Source: Vairimorpha necatrix (taxonomy: Eukaryota). Taken from it: DNA of 64,000 nucleotides. Location of the stretch: the NCBI GenBank assembly GCA_036630325.1, contig CP142735.1:62001-126000 (forward strand), written 5' to 3'. Each line of letters starts with the position of its first letter. Positions within the stretch are counted from its first letter, which is position 1. The notes below the pieces were generated by a model, which searched no databases, had not been told where the DNA came from, and saw only the letters and a program-made list of their open reading frames with translations. This document shows positions 31,545 through 43,781 of the stretch, piece by piece. Both the position numbers and the translations under genes were made by a program.

Positions 31545-34500
31545 TTTCTATTGATATAAAATATTCGAAATTTCTTCTAAATTTTTAAAAAATTTTTACG
31601 TTCAAAAAAAAATTTAAAGGGTTAGAAAAATTGCCTGGAACATTAGAATTATAAGTATGACTGATCTCGAGTTGCAGATTACTATATTAAATTGAAGGTT
31701 TGTTTTAGGTTCTTTTTTTTAAATTATATTTTTTACTATTTGGCTGCAAAGTGGATCTCTTCTAATAGTTTAAAAATTTCTTTTTTTGTAAATCGTAAAA
31801 TTTGACTTTTTTTTTGGGGGGGGGGGGGCATCTTCTAACCCAGAAAACTGGTACTATTTATGTATTTGCCGTATTATCATCAACATCAATTTTGTCTGTT
31901 CTCACTCATCACTATCAAAAATAAAATTCCCTTACAATTTCTACACTAATTTTCCCTTCCAACTGCAAACTCATATTCTTACCTATTTTTTTTTGCCAGA
32001 ATTATTACTAAAATATAGAGGAAACTTTAGAACTCTCATGAAATGACGGAATACAATTGTAGAAACGAGACGTGTATTAAAAAACTTAACCTTTTTAGTT
32101 CGTAAAAAATGAGACCGTTGATAAAATCATAAATTTATTAAAAGAAGTAATGAGATAAGATTCGATAAAATGAATAAACAGTCAGAGATGTTTTGAGGAG
32201 ATAGGGAGATTGATCGTTTAAAATACAATTTCAGGATTATTTGAAAATTTTAAATTGGGATCATAAAAAGGTGCAAAATTTTAGAAAAAAGCTTTAAAAT
32301 GTATAAGCATGAACAGTATAAATAATTGGGCTAGAATCAATAAATAAATTTAAGCGTTAGTTGTGGAAAGTCTTGTGTTGATACATACACAAAAACTATA
32401 CACAAATATGTTGAATAAAAAAATTGCATGTAAATTTGATCATGAAATTCATGTGAAATTCGACATGTAGGCGCTATGGCATATTATAGCATATCTAGAA
32501 ATCTTAAATATTGGAAACTGTTAACTAAAATAAATAAAATGAAAACTCACATTTAAATATGATTCTGACATTCCGAGATTTCTCGTAGATCCTATCTTTT
32601 TTCTTGCAAGTAGAGTAGTGAGAACTTTTAGATAGGACCACAAAGGTAAGTTGAGAACTTTAACCAACTGGAAACGCGTGATCCTTATTTACGAAAACTC
32701 ACTCCATAAGGATTGTAGTTGTAGCGAGCGTTGCCGTATGCCTTTATATTGCTGGCTTTCGATAAGAATTTCCATCTATAAGACAGATTACTCCTAGAGT
32801 GACCTTAAAGGAGATAACAACCGCATGTTTTGATAACTCGAAGAGAAAATCATTGTACTAGAATAAAGTTCTTTACAATTATTTGCTCTCGAGCACACGG
32901 CCCTTACACAACCACATCATCGGCCTGGCATTTTATTGTTCTGCGATGACATCTAGTCGTTCACCAATTTAGGCTAACGTCTTGTAAATGCTGTGAGATT
33001 GAGTTTGAGTCCTTTTCCCGCTCTTCTTAGCCTAGTTACTAAATTTTGGAGTTAGAAAGAAGTAAAAGATTTATTAGCTACAACTAAGCTGTCTCCATCA
33101 GATATTTTATGTTAGTGTAATTCGCCAGAGTGGACACTGTGTTTTGTCCTTGCGAAGCGCTTATACACTAAATTCTTATCCTTTTATGCTGTAAGCATAC
33201 ATGTTTTATTGATTAAACTAAATCTTATCGTGATACTACTATCATCGACTTGTTTTAACTGCGTTACGAAGGGTAAAACTTTAAGTACTTTGTAGATTTG
33301 TGAGCTCTGCTTCGACAAGAACATAGATAATTATTTAACACCTCTTCTGAAATTTATAGGTGAGAATAATATTACTGCTTATTAAAAGCAAAGAGATCTA
33401 AAATCAGGACTTTAGTTTCAGTCAGCGTAGGAAGCTTAAAGGTCTTAAAAAATACTACGACTTTTAATCAGCGGACAATTTTTTACAAAAAATATTTTTT
33501 TAAAAAAATAAAGCCGATTATAAAGAGGAATGCTGACTAAAATTTGCATTGGTGCGAATTTTACAGCTTATTAAAAAAGGAAATAAAGCGAAAACTCCAA
33601 AAATCCCAAAACTTACTAATTTTTATAAGATGTAAAAATAATAATTATATATGTTCAAAAATATTAAGAAATATTATAAATATGAGTTGAAGGTACCTTC
33701 CGCCAATTTTGTCTTTTTATATAGGTGTAATATGGCTCTTGAAGAAAATGTTTTTAGATCTGATGTGTGTAAGGGCACGGTTCACGGTTGGGCTCATTTT
33801 TACATGAATAATGTTTGTATAGACACATGTTAAATGCCAAGATATTAGGCTATAATTTACAGTTTTTGCTCCTGATTATGCTCTTTAAAGGTTTAAAGAT
33901 CCCATACATATATGAACGAATGACGAATCTAAAATTTATATTTTAATAAGATCAAAACGTTTCATCCTAGCTTATTTTTTTGTAAAGCCAAGCAATCTTT
34001 TTTAATAGTTATTTCCACCAATCAGAACACTTCCCCCCTACTAATTTCAGCCATAAATTCATTTTTTAAATTTTACTTTGTTCATTTTTAAACGATTTAA
34101 TCACCTTCTTCCTGTTCAAGGTTCTTTGAATACCTATCATAAACTTTTAATTTTTCATAATTTTTAAAGTGTATTTTACATTTTGTACGTTACAATCGAA
34201 CATTCCTATAAATAAATATTTAAATCCTAATATCCACAAATTAACAATCTTTCATATATCAAATGATTCATCTTACTTTTTGTAAAGCCAGAATTATTTT
34301 CAATGTAAAATCTGGGCTTGCATTTTGGAAACTTGCATTTAAAATAAGCTGTTTCAAACGACTCTTTAGCTGCATCCAACTACAAAAAGTACAAATCTGT
34401 TTATATTTTTGTGAAATAGGCGTATGTTTTTGATTAATCTTTTCAATAATTAAAATTACTTTCCTTTTTTAAAAATTTTAAACTCTGTTATTTTTTTACA

Positions 34501-36441
34501 AAAGTGATGATTTAATTCCTTTAGGATTTTATATATTATTCAAATTATTATTTGTGTTTTAAAACAACTTTTTCTCATTCATGAATTCTTTCCTTTGAAA
34601 GCTAGAAAAAAAATAGAAACACATATCGGAAATTTAGTAAACAAATAAAATAATTTGTCCCGATTTAGTATCAAGAAAAAAACTCTACTAGATTAAAAAA
34701 ATCTGTGCATTAAAATTAAAAGGAACTAACTTCAAAATCATATTACAACACAAAAATAAGCAATACAACCATATATAGAATATTTGTAGTAGAATGGATC
34801 ATACACATATTTTAAAATTAACCATGAAAACTAAACCGAGATATTTATTCAGAACTATCAATTATGATCAATTCTATTACATTAGTTTCTTTTGTTACTC
34901 TTTAATATAAATTTAGAAATTTTATAAACAACGTGGTATAACATTTAAATACTAACATATCCCTCCATTCTCCATCTTTTAAACCACATTTTAACTTCAA
35001 CATGAAAATATTTCTCTTATATTTATTTAAACTTGGGGTTAACAGTACTACCTACTGCAGCAACATTGAATACTCTCTTGCCATTTGCAAATTCCTTAGT
35101 GAAGCCGTCATATCTTATTGTCTTAATAATTTTAGTGAAGGAGATCAACTGTGTTTATTTTAGCATCTATCTATTCGAAAAAACCTAGAAAATTCTACAA
35201 TACCAAGCTCTATAAATTAAAACTATCTTAAAAATTTGTTATCATTAAATATTTGGAATTTTAAAAAACAAAAAAGATCAAAACTATCAAAAATTGCAGT
35301 ATAAAAAAATGATACCAAAAATTCTATACATGAAAACTTAATGTAAATAAATTTGTTTTTGTAAGCGTATTGCCATATTTTTAGCTCAAATATAAAACTT
35401 TGCTCATATTTAATTCACAAATGTACAACATTACACATATTTAATAACATGGAATAGGATTTTGGTTATAGTAGAATAAATAATATATACATCAATATAT
35501 CTTCTATAATACTCACTTAAGTTCTTATTTTGAAGCATAAGAAATTTTTTAAGAACGTTTAAATTGAATATAGTGTAAAGATTTTATAATTAATGAATAT
35601 TTTGAATTATATATAAAACACTATATTAACACTTAACATAGTGGTACACATTCGTCTTATTCTATATTGATCTTCAAAATTTTTGAACAGTAGTTATAAA
35701 ATTTTATGAAACATATTCTAATTATTTAAAAATTTACAAGCTGTGAATATTTATAAAAAATCTAAATTAAACATTTTGAAATTGTACATTAATTTTAAAT
35801 TTTTTCACGATTACAGCGAATATAAATTATATTAGAAAAAAGCATGAAATGATTATATATAATTTAATTACCTCAATAAAAAAAATCTAAAAATAAGTAC
35901 TTTATTCTTACATATGTATACTTACGGCAAGTTTTTATTAAAATGTATACAATAATTTTATAAATTTAAATAATAAAATAAATATATTCTTATCAAAGAA
36001 GCACTTAAATACTCATTGAAATATGAAAATAATGATAAAATCTATAAATCTTTATATTCTACATCAAAAAAAATTTAGTAATTTGTTTTTTTTTAACTAA
36101 ATATGGTTATGAAAAAGCATATACTTTTGTTTTTGATGCTTCTATAAATGAAGTTTTAAAAAAAATAAAGTTGTTTTTCTCAGTAAACTTTCACATTGTA
36201 CTAAACATATAACATTTTTTTTACAAAATTTATACAATTATTAATAAGAAATTTATTTACAAACAAGAAAATTTTACTAATATTTGTCAGCCCAAAATGG
36301 TAAATTAGAAAAAATAAAAATCAATATTTTTGGTACAATTACGATATAAAAACTATTTTATTTTTATATTTTTTTTACATAATTCTTGCAAAAATATATT
36401 AAAATTTTAGTATAAAAATAAAATTTATTGTTTCCCCCAAT

Positions 36442-38145
36442 ATGAATATCTTGAATGTATTTTCTGTAATGGTGTTTTCACTTGCACAAGAAGAAGACAT
36501 TATTTCTGAATTTATTAATACAACACTTGTTGAAAACAAACAGAAACAGATGCAATACGTAGACCTTGGGCCTTGCGAAGTTAACGTAATGTTAAATTTA
36601 AAAAAATCCGGAATTCTGCATGTACGCAGATACATTATCAATTGCAGTCCTGATCTGAAAAGATACGAACGTACTATAAAAATCAGTTGTGAAAACAAAA
36701 CAATTAATGATATTGTTAAAATCATTGAAAAATCTATTTCGGAAATGAAGTTATCTACATCTGTGCCTGTGATTTTCCAATACTTTGAGGAAGATTTGGA
36801 TAGGTGTATAAATCCTAATTCATTTGCCACTGTGGAAGATCTTGTGGAGAAAATATTGAGAATAAATGAAAAAAATAAAAAAAAAAGAAACAAAGATCAA
36901 TTTTATTTTCATAAGATAATTAAATTAGAATCTTCTACTACAAACTCGGCATCAGAAAAATCAAGCAATAATTCCCCTAACTATATTATTAGACACCATT
37001 TTCGACAATACCTTACACCTGACATGGAAAAAACAGATGAGGAATTCTGGATAATATTAAAAATAAATGCGGGAGGAAGATATTATTTGTTATATTTAAC
37101 TATGGAAGATAAAAAGAACTGCTTAAAAATACTTGAAAATAAAAAATACGACCCAAATGATCCGATAATGAAGGAAATTAAAAATTTATTTGGATCATAT
37201 GGGAATATTTCGACTTTTAAAAGTTTAAACAAGTATTTAAACAATAATACTACTGAAAAAAATGTCGTGGAAGAGGAAAGGCACATTTCTTTTAGAAGTC
37301 TCGAAAAAAAGAAGGATATAGGTAATCTAGAAAGTTTAAAAAGTTTTAAGAATTTTTTTGGTCTAGATATGGCCAAAATTGCCATAAAAAGCGATTGGAT
37401 TTCTGAAAGTAAAGAAATTGATAACAAGATTCGTGCATTATATGACATGAGAAATGATGAAGGAGTAAATATGTTGTATCATTTATTAGAAAAACATGAA
37501 AAAAGAGAGTTTATCTTGCGAAGTGTTTTTAAAAAGGGAAGAACAGTATTTAGTATTTCATTTGCGAATCTTTTAAGATCTGAAGAAATAATTAACGTTG
37601 ATGATTTAATTTTTTTATTCGAAGGGGAAGAGGAGGATGAAAAAACTAAAATTATAAAAACTATTTGTGAAAATATCTCTAAATTATCAGCCAGTGGTCT
37701 GTTTTTATTTGACATTCATTTATTCTTGGCAACAGAAAGGTATATAAATGAGAAAACGAAAACTGAGGATGAAAAAGATTTATTTTTTGAAAATTTGAGG
37801 AATATTGGGAATCTTATCAAATCAAGTAACAATACTCAAGAATGTAATGGAAACGAAAAAAATGAAAATTTCAATTTAATTGAAATAATGAAAGAAATTA
37901 ATCAAAAAGTAAATGAGAATGTCGAAACTGCTGACATTAATATGAATATTATTGAGAAACTAAATCCAGTATTTTCACAAGAGGAAACAAAATCCATAGT
38001 TTGTGCTAACCCAGGCCGATGTCAAGAGTTTTTAACAAATGAAGATATTGAAAACACTGAAAATAATAATGCTGAACCGGAAAAAAAAGCGAATTATGAA
38101 GGAAGTTTTCTTGATGAAAAAAGAAATCAACGGAACAACCGTTAA
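36442..38145 (+). CDS. Putative secreted protein, distant paralogue C of the 1048/15129 family
   Basis: 567 aa, signal-peptide-like N-terminus, CCCCC upstream. Collinear motifs with paralogue A: YVDL/YADL, ISCENKTINDI/INCEGKSLDII, FYFHK/FLHQK, LFLATERYINEK/LFVEAGNYINNEK, LRNIGNLIK/LKEIGNIMK, NLIEIMKEI/NLVDIMNEV. Confidence 0.82.
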   Translation: MNILNVFSVMVFSLAQEEDIISEFINTTLVENKQKQMQYVDLGPCEVNVMLNLKKSGILHVRRYIINCSPDLKRYERTIKISCENKTINDIVKIIEKSISEMKLSTSVPVIFQYFEEDLDRCINPNSFATVEDLVEKILRINEKNKKKRNKDQFYFHKIIKLESSTTNSASEKSSNNSPNYIIRHHFRQYLTPDMEKTDEEFWIILKINAGGRYYLLYLTMEDKKNCLKILENKKYDPNDPIMKEIKNLFGSYGNISTFKSLNKYLNNNTTEKNVVEEERHISFRSLEKKKDIGNLESLKSFKNFFGLDMAKIAIKSDWISESKEIDNKIRALYDMRNDEGVNMLYHLLEKHEKREFILRSVFKKGRTVFSISFANLLRSEEIINVDDLIFLFEGEEEDEKTKIIKTICENISKLSASGLFLFDIHLFLATERYINEKTKTEDEKDLFFENLRNIGNLIKSSNNTQECNGNEKNENFNLIEIMKEINQKVNENVETADINMNIIEKLNPVFSQEETKSIVCANPGRCQEFLTNEDIENTENNNAEPEKKANYEGSFLDEKRNQRNNR

Positions 38146-38315
38146 GGAGTATGCAATAAGAAAAAGGTTTAATTAAATTTTTTTCTCTAAAGTATCATTT
38201 TACCATTATACAATTTTTTTTTGCAAAAATATTTTAACAATATAATTTTGTATGTAGATATGATTTATATATGTTAAAGAACGATATAAGAAATACCAAA
38301 ATGTTTCTGCGCACC

Positions 38316-39500
38316 AAGATCCGGTGGGATCAATAGAATCCTAAGAAAAGCAATCCAAATGATATTTTGGACAAAAATAGTGCCATTAGATTGGATATTG
38401 GACAAACTTTGTATGAATAGAGTTCACATACAGGCGGCCCTAAGTAGATTTAGGGCATTAAAGAAGTGGAAACACAATAAAACCATTATCTCGGAATTCA
38501 TTAACCAACCTCCGAGGGAGAGGAAAACAACGTGGAGTTCGAGGACTAGACGTTGTAAGAGATATATCGGGAACGATTATGAAAGCATTACCTACATTAT
38601 AGGCAAGAACAAGATTTTAGAGGTACTTAAGGCAAGGTGTTCCTACAATACCACCTTTGGTGCTCTAGTAGCAGATAAGTATGGAATCTGTGACTCGCAG
38701 ATTAAGCACATACTATCAAAAGTAAACAACAGGCAGATCAGGAACTACACCAGGCTTCGGTGTAATTTAGTCAGATGGTCTTCTGCTTTGGCTAATGCCA
38801 ACAGAATCCCTCCTTTTTATAGGACTCATTGTTTCCTATGTGAGGGAGAACGAGAAGACCTTGAACACTTCTTGTTAGACTGACCGACGCTCTCTAACAC
38901 AAGATCTCTATATGAGGATAAAATATCTGAGTTGAGATCTTCAACTCAAACAAAAGAGGAGCTAATTAAGATGATTATTGGTAACATCAATGGCATCAAA
39001 GCTTGTTTTGATAAAAGGAAGTCTCTACTTGTAAGAGTAGAGTTCTTAGACAAGATGATTGTACAACGATATATCGTTATACGAGAAAAGGAAAGGCTAG
39101 TAAGCCAGAACAGATCTAGAGAAATCTAGAAGAAAAAAAAACACACTTTTACCTGGGGAGGTATGGCAAGCTGCTGGTGCCGTAACATTTACGTCAAACT
39201 AGTTAGGTTCTTAACTGACGAGTGGGTCAGACGTGTTATTCTCTGAATACCCTGCTGAACGCAGGTCACAGACAGGAATGATTGTGATTCTAATCCTAGT
39301 GGGATACTTTTTCTCCTTCGAGCAAGGCCTTTATGGTATGCTGGTGTGTATCACAAGTTATTGGCTGTTGAAGTTTTTATTTGCTGGGTGGCTTTTCTTT
39401 AATAACAATAAAAGTTTTTTAGTTTTTTTTTTGGCTGTTGAATTTTTTATTTGCTTGGTGGCTTTTCTTTAATAACAATAAAAGTTTTTTAGTTTTTTTT
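38316..39500 (+). mobile_element. LINE copy 3, 5'-truncated (C-terminal ORF2 plus 3' UTR)
   Basis: Collinear with 7638-8826; ORFs 38359-38883 and 38932-39129. Confidence 0.92.
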
Positions 39501-40155
39501 ATATATATGATGTTTAATAGAATAATATAAGTCGTTGCTGATTAATTTGTAAATAAATTTTATTTTTACATATTTGTACTTACAAAAGACATTTTTTTAA
39601 CTTATAGATTATATATAATTTATTTGGGTATAATATTCGGCTTATTAATTACTTTTCACAAGATACGCTTACAGTCTCATCTGGCAGTTTCAGGACTTCC
39701 TTCTGAGATTCACTCATTGGGCTCTCGAAGACCACTTCCTGATCTGTATCAAGCCCATGTCTGGCTGACATAGTTAGGCTTTCTAAAGTCATTTTAAGGA
39801 CTCTTGACTGTAAATATGCTTCCGTTCTGGGTTCTAATCTGAGCACTTTGATATGCGTACGGTGAAAATTAGTTACTATTCCATCCCACGTCATCACATA
39901 AGGAATAATTTTCGGCTTGTATTTGTAGAGAGAAGCCACATGATTTGCTTGCAAGTCGTATTTATGTTTCTTTTCTGTTTCTACTGCATGGAGGTTGTTA
40001 AAACTTGTGATTCCAACTTCTACAACGATCACTTCTTTTCTCAACTTGTCTACAATTAGTATATCAGGCTTGTTATACTTTATTTTAATACTTGAATGTA
40101 TCCTACTGTCGACTCGTACCTCAACATACTCATTAGCTACACATTCCTGGACTAA
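39500..40155 (-). mobile_element. 5'-truncated RLE-type non-LTR retrotransposon (endonuclease domain plus 3' UTR)
   Basis: The frame ending at 39649 reads VQECVANEYVEVRVD...YNKPDILIVD..KEVIVVEVGIT...EKKHKY..IIPYVMTWDG. This is the PD..E..K..KY restriction-like endonuclease pattern. Confidence 0.85.
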
Positions 40156-40188
40156 ATTATTTATAATTCTTTTGGCATGGGATGACCC

Positions 40189-40226
40189 TTTATAACTTAT
40201 AGATACATTTATCTATAAGTTATAAA
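40189..40226. repeat. 17-bp perfect inverted repeat, 4-nt loop
   Basis: TTTATAACTTATAGATA-catt-TATCTATAAGTTATAAA. Confidence 0.9.
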
Positions 40227-40325
40227 TTTTTTACTAAATAAATGATATTATAAACACTTGAAATACAAGTAGTTAAAAAATTTTACATTTACTTTACATA
40301 TAAAATTCACTTAATAATTTTATTT

Positions 40326-41582
40326 TCAATATCCTTCATCTTCTGACGCTATAAAGTCGTCATCAGTTATTTCCCCTTCGCTTTCCTCGCTACTTATCAC
40401 TTCATCGTACACTTCGCTTCTTATAGTCACATTATTCTCATTAAAATATTTCTCCAATATCCCGAAATCTTCTTTATACATCCCATTAAATGTATAATTC
40501 GCTTCTGCACTTATTGTCATATCAAATGTTTTAGCTTGTAATGAGCTTACATTTATCCTACTAAATTCCACACTATGAATATCTTTTATATTTATTTTTA
40601 TAGACCTAGGTAGAAATATAAGACAATTTTCTAAAGGATAAATTTGCCCTTCATATGCCTTATAAGTGCATTTTAGTGCTCTACGCTTGTCAGTAGTTAA
40701 GAATTTCGAAGATATCGAGTCACATTCCAGTAATCTTTCGAAGATGTCTATTAAGACATCTGAGAGTAAACCAGTATACCTTTTCTCCAATCTTGAGTCA
40801 TTTATATCAATATCAATTTCTTCATTACTAAATGCTAATACTAATAAATTATATTTTGTTAATCCTTGTCTTATAGGTTGATCAAGATTTAATATTATAT
40901 ATTTATCTTTATCAGTTACATAATTCTTATCTAAACAATAAATTTCTTTTACATTCCTATAATATATTTTATGATCATAACTGTATCCAATAATTCTAAA
41001 ATATTCTTTATACAACATAAAGTTGTTTTTCCCCCTTGGATAGATCATAGTAATATTTTCAAATATTACTAAATCTTCTTCTACATTATTATTACAAGCA
41101 TCTTTAATTTCTTTAATATTTTCTTTAGTAGTAACAAATCTTACTTCTACATTATCGAATTTTATACTTATTTCGTTTCTAATATCAGCAATACAGTCGA
41201 TATCTTTTATAGGTATTTCGAATATAGTTTTATCAGTACTAAATTCTATAAATCCTTTACCATTGACTATTAAGTCACCTTTAGTTATATTTTTAATTTC
41301 TAATTCTTTCAAATATAGATTTATTTTGTATGATTCGTTACAAATTTTTATAATTGGTTCTATGAAAGATTCAGAGATACCTTTTAAAAAGAAATTAGTT
41401 TCGGAGTAAATCCGAAGATTTACTCCCAGAGTACCTCTAAACATTTCTATATCTTTGATATTAGAAGCGTTTATAGTACAAATTTCGTTATTTTGTTTTT
41501 TTATAGCAATTCCTTCTTGAGACATTTTAAAAATGACATTTTCATTTTCAAGAAGACAATTTTCTACCGTCAAAATTTCCAT
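40326..41582 (-). CDS. POB3: FACT complex subunit SSRP1/Pob3
   Basis: IFEIP, YPRGK, YSYDHKIYY, LDQPIRQGLTKY, KCTYKAYEGQIYPLE, VEFSR, KTFDM, acidic tail. Confidence 0.93.
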   Translation of the reverse strand: MEILTVENCLLENENVIFKMSQEGIAIKKQNNEICTINASNIKDIEMFRGTLGVNLRIYSETNFFLKGISESFIEPIIKICNESYKINLYLKELEIKNITKGDLIVNGKGFIEFSTDKTIFEIPIKDIDCIADIRNEISIKFDNVEVRFVTTKENIKEIKDACNNNVEEDLVIFENITMIYPRGKNNFMLYKEYFRIIGYSYDHKIYYRNVKEIYCLDKNYVTDKDKYIILNLDQPIRQGLTKYNLLVLAFSNEEIDIDINDSRLEKRYTGLLSDVLIDIFERLLECDSISSKFLTTDKRRALKCTYKAYEGQIYPLENCLIFLPRSIKINIKDIHSVEFSRINVSSLQAKTFDMTISAEANYTFNGMYKEDFGILEKYFNENNVTIRSEVYDEVISSEESEGEITDDDFIASEDEGY

Positions 41583-41605
41583 GGGGTAGAAAATTTATAA
41601 AAATT

Positions 41606-41972
41606 TATACGAAACTTTAAAAAATAAATTTCAAATGTATTATATTGAAATATCATGTAGAACATAATTTAAACTATAAGAAATTAAATATAGCAAAAAG
41701 TTTAGTCTAATAATATATACGAAACTTTAAAAAATATATTTGAAATTGTCAATGTTTTCTTTGAAATGTATTATATTGAAATATCATGTAGAACATAATT
41801 TAAACTATGAAGAATTAAATAGAACAAAATAAAGTTTAGTCTAATAATATATACGAAACTTTAAAAAATAAATTTCAAATCTCTTTATATATATGACATG
41901 TAGAACATAATTTAAATTATAAAAAATTTTATATAGCAAAATAAAGTTTAGTCTAATAATTTATACGAAACT
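41606..41972. repeat. ~3 tandem copies of a 110-135-bp unit between RPS15A and POB3
   Basis: Recurrent TATACGAAACTTTAAAAAATA..CATGTAGAACATAATTTAAA..AAAGTTTAGTCTAATAAT. Confidence 0.88.
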
Positions 41973-42036
41973 TAAATAAAATAATAATAATTACAAATAT
42001 AAATTTATAATACACATTATTTTTTAAATTAATTGT

Positions 42037-42420
42037 TTAATAAAAGAATCCTAATATACTTCCCCCCAAATTATTCCCAATACATTCATTATGGTCAATT
42101 ATCCCTTTCTCAGTACTAAACAATAAATGCCCAAATTGTCTAGCCGGTAACAAGCGAGATCTATAATTCTCAATATGATCGAGACTGACTTTATAATTGG
42201 GACAAATGGCCCCGCATTTATTAAGCCGCCCATTAAGCCAGACTATAGTTTTACCTTTCCTCTTGTCGTCTACATAGGAGTATTTAGTGATGTACCCATG
42301 CTTAAGCATCTGCTTGAGGAAGTCTCTGGTGACAGAGTTACTCTCATGGAGAAGGAGTTGTCTCTTTCCTGCTCTTGAGGCATTATTAATGGCCTTGCAT
42401 AAATTTGAGAGCTGCTTCAT
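42037..42420 (-). CDS. RPS15A: 40S ribosomal protein S15a/S22 (uS8)
   Basis: [52 protein letters not shown] at 42420 preceded by CCCAT. Confidence 0.96.
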   Translation of the reverse strand: MKQLSNLCKAINNASRAGKRQLLLHESNSVTRDFLKQMLKHGYITKYSYVDDKRKGKTIVWLNGRLNKCGAICPNYKVSLDHIENYRSRLLPARQFGHLLFSTEKGIIDHNECIGNNLGGSILGFFY

Positions 42421-42610
42421 ATGGGCAAAAAAAAAGAAGATTTTAAAAAACATTATATTTAATAGTACTGTATTAAATATAATGTAATATATATAAAGAA
42501 CAAGAAAAAGATTTTATAAAAACATTATATTTAATACAGTACTATAAATATAATGTAAAATGCACAAATCTCAATATTATATAATTTTTATTATTGTAAA
42601 TTTTAAATGT

Positions 42611-43321
42611 TTATTTCCTGGTAAATCCTAGTCGGCTCTCATCTTCTATCTCATATGTCTTATTCTTACTTATTTTAGGCATACTTCTCTTCTTAATATT
42701 AAACACTTCTTTACTCTTCTTAATCTTCTTATCTTTAATATCTTTAATATCTTTCTTATCTTTAATATCTTTAATATCTTTAATATCTTCTATATTATCT
42801 GCAAATTTGGGTATCTCTTCTTCTCGTACTTCACTCGTCTTTATCATTTCACTCTCTTCTTCTTCTTTTATAAACTCATCTCCATCTTCTTCTTTACTTT
42901 TCTCTACCATCTTATCAATCTCATCTTTATAAAACTGACTATCTTTATACTTAATAAATACATCTTTATTATCTCCTAACTTGTACTTATTCTTATTTCC
43001 TCCTACCCAGACTCGTCTTAATTCCCCAAGTGTCCACTTGTCAAGAAGTGTCGACTTGACTTGACTTTTTAGTACACCCATTTTGCGATGAGACGAAGCG
43101 CAGTCTGAACAAATGAAGAGAGAGAAGGTTAGAGATACCCAAATTGGAGAAGATTTAGAACAATCAGCACATTTATTATTTACAGGATTGGATTTTATAT
43201 TCTTAAAGAATTTGTAAGTAAGAGATTTCTCAATGATCTGAGAATCAGATGAAGGAATATTCATAGAATCAGATGAAAGATCTGTGGATTTATCATGAGA
43301 TTGGATATTGTCTTTACTCAT
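42611..43321 (-). CDS. ARF GTPase-activating protein (Glo3/Gcs1-like)
   Basis: NNKCADC..PIWVS....FICSDCASSHRKMGV..SQVKSTLLDKW..GGN; low-complexity DIK repeats. Confidence 0.92.
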   Translation of the reverse strand: MSKDNIQSHDKSTDLSSDSMNIPSSDSQIIEKSLTYKFFKNIKSNPVNNKCADCSKSSPIWVSLTFSLFICSDCASSHRKMGVLKSQVKSTLLDKWTLGELRRVWVGGNKNKYKLGDNKDVFIKYKDSQFYKDEIDKMVEKSKEEDGDEFIKEEEESEMIKTSEVREEEIPKFADNIEDIKDIKDIKDKKDIKDIKDKKIKKSKEVFNIKKRSMPKISKNKTYEIEDESRLGFTRK

Positions 43322-43781
43322 ATAAAAGAAGGGGTTAATATAAAGAATAACTTATATAGAGAAATAATATATAGAAATATGTATTTTTTATTTTGTGGAG
43401 TTTGTTTGTTCATTTATGAGTTTGTTTGTTCATTTATGAGTTTGTTTGTTTTTTGGATTTTTACTATAAATATAAAAAATCTGCATGAAATTTCAGAAGA
43501 GTGAATTCCTCTGAAGAGAGAGAATCTACTGCATGAAAAATGAAATGAAAAAATCGAGAACATTTATTTAAAACGAGAGAGCAAATTAAAACGAAAGATA
43601 ATTTATATAACTTGTATGCTACTACATGAATCTATATATGTTCATGTTTAATATGATAGTTTCTTCTACTATATTATCATGTATTATATGATAGTTTCTT
43701 CTACTAGTATGCTACATATTAGTTTAATCTACTAGTATACTACTACATATTAGTTTAATCTACTATATTATCATGTATCAT

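Noticed and set aside
31373-31588. 71-aa ORF starting MFSSQQ
   Set aside because: It is the gag start codon inside the family-2 3' LTR reading into flanking DNA, not an independent gene.
32040-32330. YNCRNETC-like stretch as a further Merlin N-terminal relic
   Set aside because: No DDE motifs, TIR or TSD could be identified.
32364-32380. GGAAAGTC resembling RNase P/MRP CR-I
   Set aside because: No complementary CR-V able to form P4 was found downstream; an 8-mer is expected by chance.
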